Shown here: one piece after another, positions 52,663-64,000 of the stretch
Position numbering within the stretch: position 1 is the first letter of the stretch
Layout: each line of letters starts with the position of its first letter
Source: Octopus sinensis
Lineage: Eukaryota
Direction: 5' to 3'
Length of the DNA: 64,000 nucleotides
Assembly: GCF_006345805.1 (NCBI RefSeq)
Contig: NC_043004.1
Location: 78,678,001 to 78,742,000 of the forward strand
Program-made: the position numbers and the translations under genes
The notes under the pieces: generated by a model
Told to the model about the DNA's origin: nothing
Seen by the model: only the letters and a program-made list of their open reading frames with translations
Database searches by the model: none

Positions 52663-53416
52663 TTATCAGCACTAAGATTCCAAATACTGGCTCACAGAGC
52701 TGAGACTTGTCTTTTGTTGTGACTGGCGAATCACGTCTGTGGACAAAATATGAATCTGTTAAAGGATAACTCCAGATTTTTATTCGACTTCTTGATTATG
52801 TTAAAAATGGAAACGGACTAGCCTAGAGCTACAGAATACTGAAACCTAACTAACAAGCATCAATTCCAGAGTCTTTTGTTAGTTTTCCTGCATTGAATAT
52901 CATGTACAAAATTCTTATGTGGCTTTCATCTAATGAAAGCTAAATAATTCCCTGCTTCAGGATTTCATTTTTGCTTGCTTGTTCCTATTGTAGAAAGTTC
53001 AGCATTGTCATGTTAATGTCAAAGGTTAAAGATACACATTTACTGTACATGTCTAGCTTTTTTGGAATTAGGTTTCCAATCTGGAATGACTTTTTCTCTA
53101 TGAGCTCATCGTCTCTACTTAAAGTTCATTAAAAAAGAAAAAAAAAATGTTAATTATGAATGATTAGTTAGTTTAAAATAGGCTCTGATGCTGTTGCCTG
53201 TAACAAATGAGGGAAAAGTTTGGTCTCATAAGTTTAAGATTAGTCAAGAAAAATATGAAATTTATTGTGGCGGGGACAGATAAATTGAGATCATAATTTA
53301 TGATGATGAATAGGCACAGTGATGCTTGCTTACAACTGTCACATGATGTCAAGATGAAGAAACACACATACACACACACATGCATACATACATACATATG
53401 GATGTACACACACAAT

Positions 53417-53460
<44 letters not shown>

Positions 53461-54689
53461 ACAAGCCTTCGGTTTGTGCCTACCAAATCTACTCACAAGA
53501 CCTTGGTTGACTTGAGACTATTGTAGAAGACATTTGCCCAACATGCTGCAGAGTAGGATTGAACCCAACACTACATGGTTGGGAAATGAACATCTTAAAA
53601 ACATAGCCATGCCAGCACCTTTAAAGTGGCACCTACTAAATGGAGTACATGCTTTTTTTTTTGTTTTGACAGAATACTTCATCATCATCATCGTTTAACA
53701 TCCGTTTTCCATGCTAGCATGTGTTGGACAGTTCGACCGGGGTCTGGGAAGCCAGGATGCTGCACCAGGCTCCAGTCTGATCTGTCGGTGTTTCTACAGC
53801 TGGATGCCCTTCCTAACACCAACCACTCCATGAGTTTAGTGGGTGCTTTTTACATGGCACAGGTGCCAGGCGAGGCTGGCAGCAGCCACGATCGGTTGGT
53901 GCTTTTTACATGCCACTGGCACAGAAGCCAGTCAAGGCGGCGCTGGCATCGGCCACATTTGAATGGTGCTTTTTACGTGCCACCGGCACAGGTGTCACAA
54001 CTACAATTTCCATTTGATATTTATTTTGATTTTCAAATAACCAACTCTGTCCTGTTTCTTCTCCCATTATCAAACTCAGTATTAAGGCTTTAAGGCTCTA
54101 TTATTACAGCAACACTGAACTACACTCCTCCACTTTGCTCCCAACTCTTTGTGCAATCAACCAGCATCCATCATAAAGCCAACACCATTGGTCACACCTG
54201 GTCATTGTGCGTTAAGCTGGATTTAATTTCGTTTAACAGTGCCACACCTCTAATCAAATCCATTATCGTTGCATATTCTCTATTTGGCCGTTTAAGATGA
54301 GACATTACCCATATACAAATTATTTTGGCTGTGTGATAAGAGGTTTGTTTACCAAATGTATGGTTCTTGGTTCAATCCCACCGTGGGACACCTTAGGTAA
54401 ATGTCTTCTGCTACAGCCTCAGGCCAATCAAATCTTTGTCAGTGGATTTAGTAGATGGAAACTTAAAGAAGGTTCCCATGTGTGTGTGTGTACCTCACCA
54501 CCACTTGACAGCTGGTGTTGGTTTGTTTATGTTCCCATAAATTAGTGGTCGGCATAAGAGGTTGATAGTTAAGTACCAGGTTTAAAAAGCAAAACAGGAC
54601 TGGAATTGATTCATTCAACTAAAAATAAAGTTGTGCCCTAGTGTGGACACCATTTAATGATTGAAACAAATAAAAAAAAAGATAGTGTG

Positions 54690-55060
54690 GTAAGTAGCTT
54701 GCTTACCAACCACATGGTTCAGTCCCACTGCGTGGCACCTTGGGCAAGTGTCTTCTATTATAGCCTTGGGCCGACCAAAGCCTTGTGAGTGGATTTGGTA
54801 GACAGAATCTGAAAGAAGCCTGTTGTATATATGTATACATATATATATATGTATGTGTGTGTGTCTGTGTTTGGCCTCCCAACATCGCTTGACAACCGAT
54901 GCTGGTGTGTTTACATCCCTGTAACTTAGCGGTTCGGCAAAAGAGACTGATAGAATAAGTACTAGGCTTACAAAGAATAAGTCCCGGGGTCGATTTGCTC
55001 GACTAAAGGCGGTGCTCCAGCATGGCCACAGTCAAATGACTGAAACAAGTAAAAGAGTAT
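54690..55060 (+). mobile_element. SINE family A
   Basis: Near-consensus sequence. Confidence 0.85.
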
Positions 55061-56039
55061 ATATTATATATATATAATATATATACTTCTCTAAAAGAGA
55101 GAAAGAGAATATATAATATATATATATATATATATAATATATATAATAATATATATAAATAATTAGAAAATTTGCATTGGTTCCTGATAAACTCTTGTTT
55201 ATCCTGTGTTGAGAAGGTGCATGATTCAGTGTTAGAGCATCGATCTTACAATCGTGAGGTTGCAAGTTCGAATCCCGGCCTGCGCTGCGTGTTGTGTCGT
55301 TGAGCAAGGCACTTTATTTCACATTGCTCCAGTTCACTCAGCTGTAGAAATGAGTTACGATGTCACAGGTGCCAAGTTGTATTAACCTTTGCCTTTCCCT
55401 TGGGTAACACTGGTGACTTAGAGAGAGGAGGCCAGTATGCATGGGCGACTGTTGGTCTTCCATAAACGACCTTGCCTGGATTTATGCCTGGGAGGGTGTC
55501 CTGTTGTTACCTGCACTCGATGTGTATGGTGTGCCTGCACACCATCACCTGGGTATAACACAGGTAATGGATACTGATAGCATATACAGATATTTTATCC
55601 CTTAGGTGGTTATTATAACCATTAACTCTGTTTATATATATCATCATCATCATCGTTTAACGTCCGTTTTGCGTGCTAGCATGGGTTGGACGTTTCGTCC
55701 GGGTTCTGGGAAGCCAGGAGGCTGCACCAGGCTCCAGTCTGATCTGGCAGGGTTTCTACAGCTGGCGCCAACCACTCCGTGAGTGTAGTGGGTGCTTTTT
55801 ACGTGCCAGGTGATGCTGGCAACGACCACGATCGGATGGTGCTTTTTACGTGCCACCAGCACAGGTATCATAACTACAATTTCCATTTGATATTTATTTT
55901 GATGCTTGTACTTGACTCAGTAGGTCTCCTCAAGCACAGCAGGTCACCCTACAATCCAAGGTAAGCACAACAGGTCGTTCTGCAATCCAAGGTACTTTGG
56001 ATGGGCTGGGGCTGTGAAACTGGTGCAGGAAGCAGCCAT

Positions 56040-56190
56040 GAACTCACGTTATTTGTCGGGTCTTTGCAGTCACAGCATATCTCCAGAGATCTCGGTCTTT
56101 CGTCATTGCACCTGTGAGGCCCAATGTTTGAAGGTCATGCTTGACTACCTCATCCCATGTCTTCCTAGGTCTAATGTAACAAACTGAGGA
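56040..56190 (-). mobile_element. RTE LINE 3' tip joined to the mariner fragment
   Basis: RPRKTWDEVVKHDLQTLGLTGAMTKDRDLWRYAV. Confidence 0.7.
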
Positions 56191-57073
56191 AAGGAATTCC
56201 TTCAAAGGGTTGTTATGTAAAACATAGAGTTCCGCATTGACCGTTTGGTTCCGTTCAAGCAATTCGTAATGGATAATCCCTTCCCAGTCCCACCATATGC
56301 ACAACATCATTTTACGTGGATGAAGATCTTGTTTCATGCGCAGCGTCACTTGTTCACCGGGGCTAAGCCATTCCTTACACTGCTTCATATTGTTGTACAG
56401 GCACCATTTTTCGTCACCAGTAATGATTCGGTAAAGAAATTGTTGCTTGTGTCAATGAGTTGAACAGTGACGAGCAAGTAAACCAGCAGAGATTGTAGCT
56501 CGTTGATTTTTGTTGTTGTCACTTAAAGCATACAGAACCCATGCTCCATACTTCTGAACTTTTCCCATCGAGTGAAGATGCTTCTCTATAGCAGTGTGGG
56601 AGCATTCCATTTTGTCTGCCAGTTCCTTTGTTGTTTGATGAGAATTTTTGTGCAAAAGTTGGTTCAATTGCTCTTCATCAAACACAACTGGATGGCTAGA
56701 ATAAAGTGCATCTTTGAGGTCGAAATTTCCATTTTTGAACTTGGCATACCAATCACGAGCAGTTCTTTCAGCCATGGCACCCTCTCCATACACAGCACAA
56801 ATGTCGTGAGCAGCTTTTGCAGCCTTAGAACCTTGACTAAAAGCAAAAAGAAGGTGTTGAAAATGCTCATTTTTCTTAACTTGACATTCCATTTTAATGA
56901 TCTGAAAATAAACAAAACTTAACTGAAATTAACTAGAAAAAAAAAAAGCAAAATAGATTTCAAAATGATTCAAAAATAGAATTCTCAAAAAAAAAAAAAT
57001 AGTGTCCAAAATTTAAAAAACGCAGTAAATTCCAAAATTAAAACAAACAGTGGGAACTTAGTTGCCAACCCAA
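56190..57073 (-). pseudogene. Truncated mariner transposase with left TIR (mellifera-subfamily-like)
   Basis: HTH N-terminus (ORF 56452..56892), IITGDEKW, HPRKMMLCIWWDWEGIIHYELL; TIR ttgggttggcaactaag preceded by TA; frameshifted and 3'-truncated. Confidence 0.9.
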
Positions 57074-58319
57074 TATATGTATATATGTGTGTGTATATAT
57101 TTGTGTATCTGTGTTTGTACCCCCAACATCACTTGACAACCAATCTTGGTGTGCTTACATCCCTGTAACTTAACAGTTTGGCAAGTGAGACCAATAGAAT
57201 AAGTACCAGACTTACAAAGAATAAGTCCTGGGGTTGATTTGTTCAACTAATGGCAGTGCTGCAGCATGGTCGCCGTCAAATGACTGAAACAAGTCAAAGA
57301 ATGAAAAAGACAAACTCTTAAACGGATCCCCAAGGGTTGTTTGGCTGAGATCCACTGATTTAAACGAAGCAGCTGTTATTCGCGATTGAAGCAAAGGTAG
57401 ATTTTATGCTGTTCTGCAGCTTCTACTATTTAAATTTATATCTTAATTGAAGAGTTAATGAGAGTGTAATTAGTGGTTGAAACAGTAATTGGTTAGCCAT
57501 TGCTTATTCTTGTAATTAGCAGCAGTAATTAATTGCAAACTAGTGTTTATGTCTGTTTTTATTCAAAGACACTTTGGAATCTTGTCAAATGTCAAGCACT
57601 TTAGCTATCTTTAATGTATGTGCTTATAACTCGTTATTTCTAATGTGATTGTTGTTACCTAGTGTCATAGCTGATCCAGCAGACCTAGGATCAAAGGTGT
57701 TGCAACTGGGAACATACCTATTTTCTGGGCATAGTATATCTACGACTACTTTAGCCAATGTTTCTGTCCATTTTCTAAGATGGTAAGTTGCAATACTGGA
57801 CGTAGATTTGGCTTCTATTTTGAGCAGTTATTTAGTCATTACTTATTCTCGTAATTATCGTTTTATTATTAATTAATTGCAAAGAAGTTTCCCATGCTGG
57901 CTTCTGATTTCTCATGTGGTTTGTTCTTGTGGCAAGTTTAGTAAATCAAACATAAGCACAGAAGTTTGCTTTTTCACCATTTGTGATTCCAGGTTCAGTT
58001 CTACAGTGTGGTACCTTGGGCAGGTGTCTTTTATTACAGCCCTGGGTTGACAAAAGTTTGTGAGTGGATTTGGTTAATTGAAATTGAAAGAAAAATGTTG
58101 TGTGTGTGTGTGCGTGTGCATGTTTACGTCTTGCTCACTTCTGTGAAGGTTGTGGTGTGCAAATGATGTTGTTTTAGTCAGTTCTTTTCTCAACAAATCA
58201 GCCCCTCACTTTGTGCCATTGAAGCTGTATGGAGTGGGAGATCCTTTATTTGGAAAACAGGTAAAGGTTAGTGACAGGAAAAGCATCCAGCTGTGAAACA
58301 ATAACATATTTGTCTAACT

Positions 58320-58690
58320 CAGTGGTTCTCAACCATTTTTATATATGAACTCCTTTGATTACTTTTATTCTGGTGGATCCCCATAGCCATTTGATGTTTA
58401 AAAACTAGTATTATAGATACTTCTTTCAAAATTCTCATTTTGTTTTTCACTCATTCCCTTGCATAGGTTTGCAAAAGCACTCTCTGAGAGAACCTGTTTC
58501 CGTGGCTGGAAACCTGTTGAACTGTGTAAAACATTAAAGAAAGAAACCCAATTGTTTTTTTGCAATAAATAAAACTAAAGCAACATTTTTCATGGACCCT
58601 TAAAAAAATGTGGATCCCCAATTTCCTATTTTGCTCACAAAATCTTATATGCACACCTGGAGTCACATGGGCCCTGGTTGAGAATTACTA
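58320..58690. mobile_element. hAT (Charlie-like) MITE
   Basis: TIRs cagtggttctcaacc / ggttgagaattacta; 8-bp flanks gtctaact / gactaacc. Confidence 0.65.
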
Positions 58691-60451
58691 GACTAACCCA
58701 TAAAAACATGGAAAAAAAGGAAAAAATGAACCTACATTTTTACATGTGTAGAAAAATGAAGCAGCTGAAATTTCAAGATCTTGACACAGTTTGAATGGTC
58801 AGTTGATGCTATTCCATGTTGTTTGTGCTCTTGGAAAGGCAGTTGTTAGAATAACATTGACCAGTTTCTTTTTGATACCAAGATGGTGGAGTTGCAGAAA
58901 CAGTAGATACCTTCACCAAATGCTTAACATTTAGGCCTGAATTGATAATTCATTGGAGTTGACTGCTTTTTTTTTTGTTTATCTCTCGGTGGCGGGGTGA
59001 ATACAGGTTATTTCAATTGATTATACCCTACCCTTACAAATCGATTGGTTTATACCAATGTTATCAATCGATAGCAGTTTCCTTTTGTTGTGACTGTTTT
59101 GTTGAGACAAGAGAGAATATAGATTAATTAGTTTTTGAACCCATGGCTAGCTTTGCAAATTAGATGATGATGGTAAGAAGGACAAATGTAATGATTCTAT
59201 GCACACTCATTTGTATATACATAAGGTAATTAGGATTGTGGATCAATGCTTAAAAGCAACAACAACAAAAAAAAGATATTGGTATTGAAACATTGAATTA
59301 ACTCCAGTTTTTACCTGTTCAGTCTGTTGCATATTAATGCAATTCTACCAAGACATTGATTATTAAAGGTGTTGCTTTACAATCGGGTGAGAGGGAGAGA
59401 TGACAGGGTATTACGTTAGCAGCTGAAAGGGGTAGATGTTTTATAATGTTACATGAAAGGGGTAGATATTTTATCACTCATTACCTGCATTGTGTGATGT
59501 CCATTCAGAAATATTCAGTCCACTAAGCTGTAAATAGATACCACCTAAATAGGTATGACCTACTGCAGGTTTACCAGTTGGCTTCAAAGAACAGATCCAC
59601 TCCACTTTTCATTGTCATTATTGTTCAAAAATTATTATAAATTGTTTAGTAGACCAAAAAAAAACCCCCAAAAACTAATAAATAAAATGACCATCTTGAA
59701 ATACAATATTATCACTTGATCTTATTGGAGTTACCTCCCTTGCTTGTTATTTTCGTTTAGATTTTAAACCATAATTTTTGTTCTTATTAAGTTGTTGTTT
59801 ATCGTTTACTCGTTTCAGTCATTAGACTGTGGTCATGCTGTGGCATCGCCTTGAAGAATTTCAGTACTTATTTTTTTTAAGCCTGTTATTTACTTCCATT
59901 GGTCTCGTTTGCTGAACCATCAACTTACAGGAATGTCAACACAATTGTCAAGGGGGACAAACACAAACACACACACACACATACGACAGGCTTCTTTTAG
60001 TTTCCACTCACATAGCTGTTAGGTTTCTATACATCATCTTGTATTGCATCTTGATCCATCATCAGTGATGTTTCCTGGGGTTATTAAGTGTTTCAGGCCT
60101 TTTAACAACCAGGTACCCTCATCCAGGGTTAATCAAGCCTTACCTTGTGTTCCATTAGTACTAACCATTTCCTAATCCACGGCCACCACGAAGCCCCCCT
60201 CTCTGCTACCTCATAGCTCACTTGATGTTTTCTACCTGAATAACCCTTGTAACACCCAGCATAACAGAACCAGAAGGTTTTCAGATTGCTTAGTATCAAA
60301 AGGGTTCATTGGATCTTTTCGGTTTGAACGGCAGTTTTTTCTAGTGGTGTCATATGAAATTGTCACCCATAATTATGACCCTAGTATCGATCTATTGCAT
60401 TTCAATCTGTTTTAGGGTTGGGGGTTCGGGGAAGGGTATCTTTCTGTGTCC

Positions 60452-60487
60452 CTTTCTGTAGAAGAGCATAGGCTCGAAACGTAAAAG
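60452..60487 (+). ncRNA. Second-family minimal hammerhead motif (A6U variant)
   Basis: CTTT-CTGTAGA-A-GAGC-ATAG-GCTC-GAAA-CG-TA^-AAAG; same architecture with different, still-pairing stems. Confidence 0.55.
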
Positions 60488-60949
60488 ACTTTCTCTATTC
60501 CTGAGCATTATATTAATACATCTGTTTGTTTTGTACACCACCTGTCTTCGTCTTTTGTTTTTTTTTTCATAAACTCTTACTAATTAATAGCCAAGTGGTA
60601 TATTGGATTAAAATGACTCCATTTTTATTAACACCAGGAGGATGAGAAACAACATTGATACTGGTAGGAAGCATTTGAACTAAAAACATTCAGGGAGGAA
60701 ACTAAATACTTTAAGCGTGCTATTTTATAACTCTATTATCAGGATTCTAACAATAAAACAGAAGAGTTTTTCAAAAACCTAAAAATAAATGGGATTAGAT
60801 GAACCGGATCTTTTCGGTTTGACCGGCAGTTTTTAAAAAATAATTTCCACGTAACTGGCTTCTTATACTCAATCTTATGGTCACACTGAATCATAAAATC
60901 CCTTAAGATCTTTGCATTTTTATTTTCAACAATGCCTTTAGGTTTGTGG

Positions 60950-60951
<2 letters not shown>

Positions 60952-60986
<35 letters not shown>

Positions 60987-61020
60987 CATTATTATTATTA
61001 TTTATTGTTGTTGTTGTTAT
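60952..61020. repeat. (ATT)n/(GTT)n microsatellite
   Basis: Directly visible. Confidence 0.9.
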
Positions 61021-61874
61021 TAGGTGGAGGAGGAGGAGCAAAATTAATAAAAAGAATTTTTGAAAAAAAGTTCTTGGAACATAGAAATTTTAAGTTTATT
61101 AAGTATATATTCACATTTTTTCTGTCAGTAGCTCTCTTTATTTCAAACGTTACTCAAAGAACTTATTGTGTAAGAAATAGATGCAGCTACATACGAGAGA
61201 TGTCTGCTGAAAGAGACTTGGTTCTGTTTTTACTATTAAGTACATTGGTACTACTAATTCAATTCTGATTGGTACAGGGCAGTTCTTTATTCCGTTCTTC
61301 ATGGAAACATTGGAAATAGTTTGAGAAAATATCTTATGCCTTGATGGTAGTTAAATGTTGATATTATTCACCAATTTATTTATGATTTTATTTTTACAAA
61401 TTTTTAAAAATCGGTACTAGAAACGTTGAAGTTGCCTTCAGGCTTATCAGGTGGTTGTCAGTAGAAAGTGGTTTCAATCCCTACTAATTACTGAATTTTT
61501 ATTATTTTTCTTGGTATTATTGAACTGCAAGTTCTATTTGAGGAAATATTTTCGCATAACTTTGTAACTTGACATTATGGTGATTTTATCAGTTTTCTTC
61601 TGTGAGAGATGGAAATCTTAAGTTAAAGGATGAGAGATGAAGGTAATTTTAAGTTTTGTTTTAAAATTGGCTTTTTGGTTTTTCAAAATAATTTTTTTTA
61701 TTTAAATTTGTTTTGATTTTTTTTTTTTTTTTACATTTAGTGTAATTATGTTTAATGTTTTGCATCATTAATAATTTAAAATTTTGTATTATTTAAAAAT
61801 GCCAATCCTTCTCAATGTTTTATTTAAAAATATATTTGGTTATCGTTTACAAATCTTATAATGAAAGCATATAG

Positions 61875-62202
61875 AGGAGCACTCTGTTGGTTATGATGAC
61901 GAGGGTCCCAGCTGATACAATCAACGGAACAGCTTGCTCGTGAAATTAACATGGAAGTGGCTGAGCACTCCACAGATAAGTGTACCCTTAACATAGTTCT
62001 CAGGGAGATTCAGTGTGACAAAGAGTGTGACAAGGATGGCCCTTTGAAATACAGGTACTACTCATTTTTGCCACCTGAGTGGACTGGAGTGACGTGAAAT
62101 AAAGTGTCTTGCTAAAGGACAGAACGCGTTGCTGGGAATTGAACTCACAACCTTACAACTGTGAGCCGAATGCCCTAACCACTAAGCCACACCCCTTCAC
62201 AG
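61875..62202 (-). mobile_element. SINE family D with 13-bp TSD tgaaagcatatag
   Basis: TSD at 61862-61874 and 62203-62215; other copies at 2530-2840, 4200-4500, 5530-5840, 25905-26110, 34700-34900, 42740-43030, 55215-55500, 62203-62520. Confidence 0.85.
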
Positions 62203-62520
62203 TGAAAGCATATAGCTTAGTGGTTACAGTATTCATTTTGCAATCGTTAATGTTGTGAGTTCAATACCCAGCAGCGCATTGAGTTCTTGGGCAAGACACT
62301 TGATTTCCCATTGCCCCAGTCCACTCAGCTGGCAAAAATGAGTAGTACCTGTAATTCAAGGGGCCAGCATTGTCACATTCCGTGTCATGCTGAATCATCC
62401 TGATAACTAGTTAAGGATACATGTGTCTGTGGAGTACTCAGCCACTTGCATGTTAATGTCACAAACAAGCTGTTCTGTTGATCGGATCAACTGGAAACCT
62501 TGTCATCGTAACCGACAGAG
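62203..62520 (+). mobile_element. SINE family D, inverted partner of 61875-62202
   Basis: tRNA-like head then ...gcaagacact...ccactcagctggcaaaaatgagtagtacctg... Confidence 0.85.
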
Positions 62521-63160
62521 TGCCAATGTGTTGTTTGTTTTACTGATTCATGTACCATCATCATCATCATCACATCCCTCCCATGTTGGCATGGGTTGGA
62601 TGAGTCTCAACATCTCACCATTTGTCGTAGTCCATTATCAGGATCTTGCATAGACAACAGCAGAGAAATAAAATCAGTTGTTGTTATGGTTGCTCAGTCT
62701 GCTAGAAATAGCAGCCAGATTCCTTCAAATCACACCCTACCATCTTTGTAAAGAAAATGGCTACATTAGAGAAAGTAGTCCTCGATAACTCTGAAAGGAC
62801 AAGCATTTTTTGCCTTAACCCTTTTGTTACCAATCCAACCATGACTACCCCTGGTTCTTTGATACAAGCTTCATATTTAAAGAGACATAATCTAAAACCT
62901 TCCATCAAAATTTCTCATTAACTAACGTTCCAAACAATTAGCTTAATAACCACAGTTATTTAACTCAATACTCATTCTTCATTTTAGCTGAAAAGAGCAT
63001 TATATTTCTATAGAAATATGGTAACAAAAAGGGTTAAAATTCCAGGAAGAATTTAATTATGAAACAACCTATGCCAGAAAAAAATGAAAAAACCTGTATT
63101 GCCAATCGGTTTCTCTTCACTAGCCATTTCCTGAATGGCTGCAAATTCTACCTTGTTGAG

Positions 63161-63378
63161 CCCTTTAGCCTTCAAACCGGCTGTATCTGGCCTAAATATT
63201 TTCCCTTTTTTATGTTCAAAGCTGCCAGATCTGGCCTCTTACACCTGCCTCTCCATGTCGTTCTCAAACTATCACATCATCGAAATCTCAAAGTCAGTTG
63301 ATAACACCCGATTAATTCCAAATGATGTGAATAAGTAAGCTTTTGTATTTGACAGTATAAACCTGAATGCCAAAAGGG
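63161..63378. mobile_element. piggyBac-type MITE, same family as 14306-14514
   Basis: ccctttagccttcaaaccgg ... aatgccaaaaggg|ttaa; shared internal sequence. Confidence 0.65.
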
Positions 63379-64000
63379 TTAATGATAAAAACATAACACT
63401 GCACATCGGGCATGTTTAACAAGTGTCGCCATGTTAAAATAATGCATTTAAACCAAGAACAGAATAAAAGAGAATGCATTTCTTGAACATGGAGCTCCAC
63501 TGCTTGAGCATTCTTTGTCTTCACAAATAACATCTTGGCTAGCTACTTAGACTTCATTGAACCAACAAGGCATCCTCTATATGGTTGCTAAAGTATCTAA
63601 ATCTCCCTCGAATTACACCCTCCTCCTCCTCATCATCATTGTTTAACGTCCGCTTTCCATGCTAGCATGGGTTGGACGAATGACTGAGGGCTGGTGAACC
63701 AGATGGTTGCACCAGGCTCCAATCTTGATTTGGCAGAGTTTCTACAGCGGGATGCCCTTCCTAACGCCTTCCGAACTTCCTCCTGTCTTAAAAAAAAGGA
63801 CACCCTAGATAATGTATCATTTGGTACACTGTTCCTGAAAGTAAAACAAAATTGCAATGATCTCAATGTGTTTGATCATAGGTTTGCTCAGTCTGGGCTG
63901 CCTTGGGCTAAACAGCAACACCAACAGCCACATAGGATTTATAGACAACCTTTTGAAGTGTTGTCTGCATCAGTAAAACATTTTGGTCTTAGAAAACACT

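Noticed and set aside
55215-55300. tRNA-like sequences (also about 11508, 25905, 42740, 62203)
   Set aside because: Box A/B are present, but there is no complete cloverleaf and each continues into a SINE body.

Overview
AT-rich, repeat-dense eukaryotic DNA. The SINE and microsatellite landscape looks like a coleoid cephalopod, probably Octopus (inferred from recalled repeat families; no search was run). One clear protein-coding gene is present: BSDC1 (BSD domain-containing protein 1) on the minus strand. Eight coding exons lie between 24886 and 1898, with GT-AG sites whose phases match (1402 coding nt, about 467 aa); the terminal exon(s) probably lie left of the window. A probable 5' end of a second gene sits at about 44.8-45.05 kb on the plus strand (possibly a serine palmitoyltransferase small subunit, low confidence). 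Most of the rest is transposon-derived: four or more tRNA-derived SINE families, RTE and CR1-type LINE fragments, two short TSD-flanked RTE derivatives, and Helitron, mariner, piggyBac, hAT, pogo and Tc1-type remnants or MITEs. Most listed ORFs are spurious repeat or microsatellite reading frames. The most interesting signals are RNA-structural: (1) minimal Penelope-type hammerhead ribozyme motifs in two unrelated repeat families, one fused behind a tRNA-derived SINE head; (2) a candidate structured RNA with a cUUCGg hairpin and possible pseudoknot at the 5' end of a short RTE derivative; (3) an HDV-like core in another RTE derivative; (4) three head-to-head inverted same-family SINE pairs. 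Boundaries of SINE and LINE copies are approximate.
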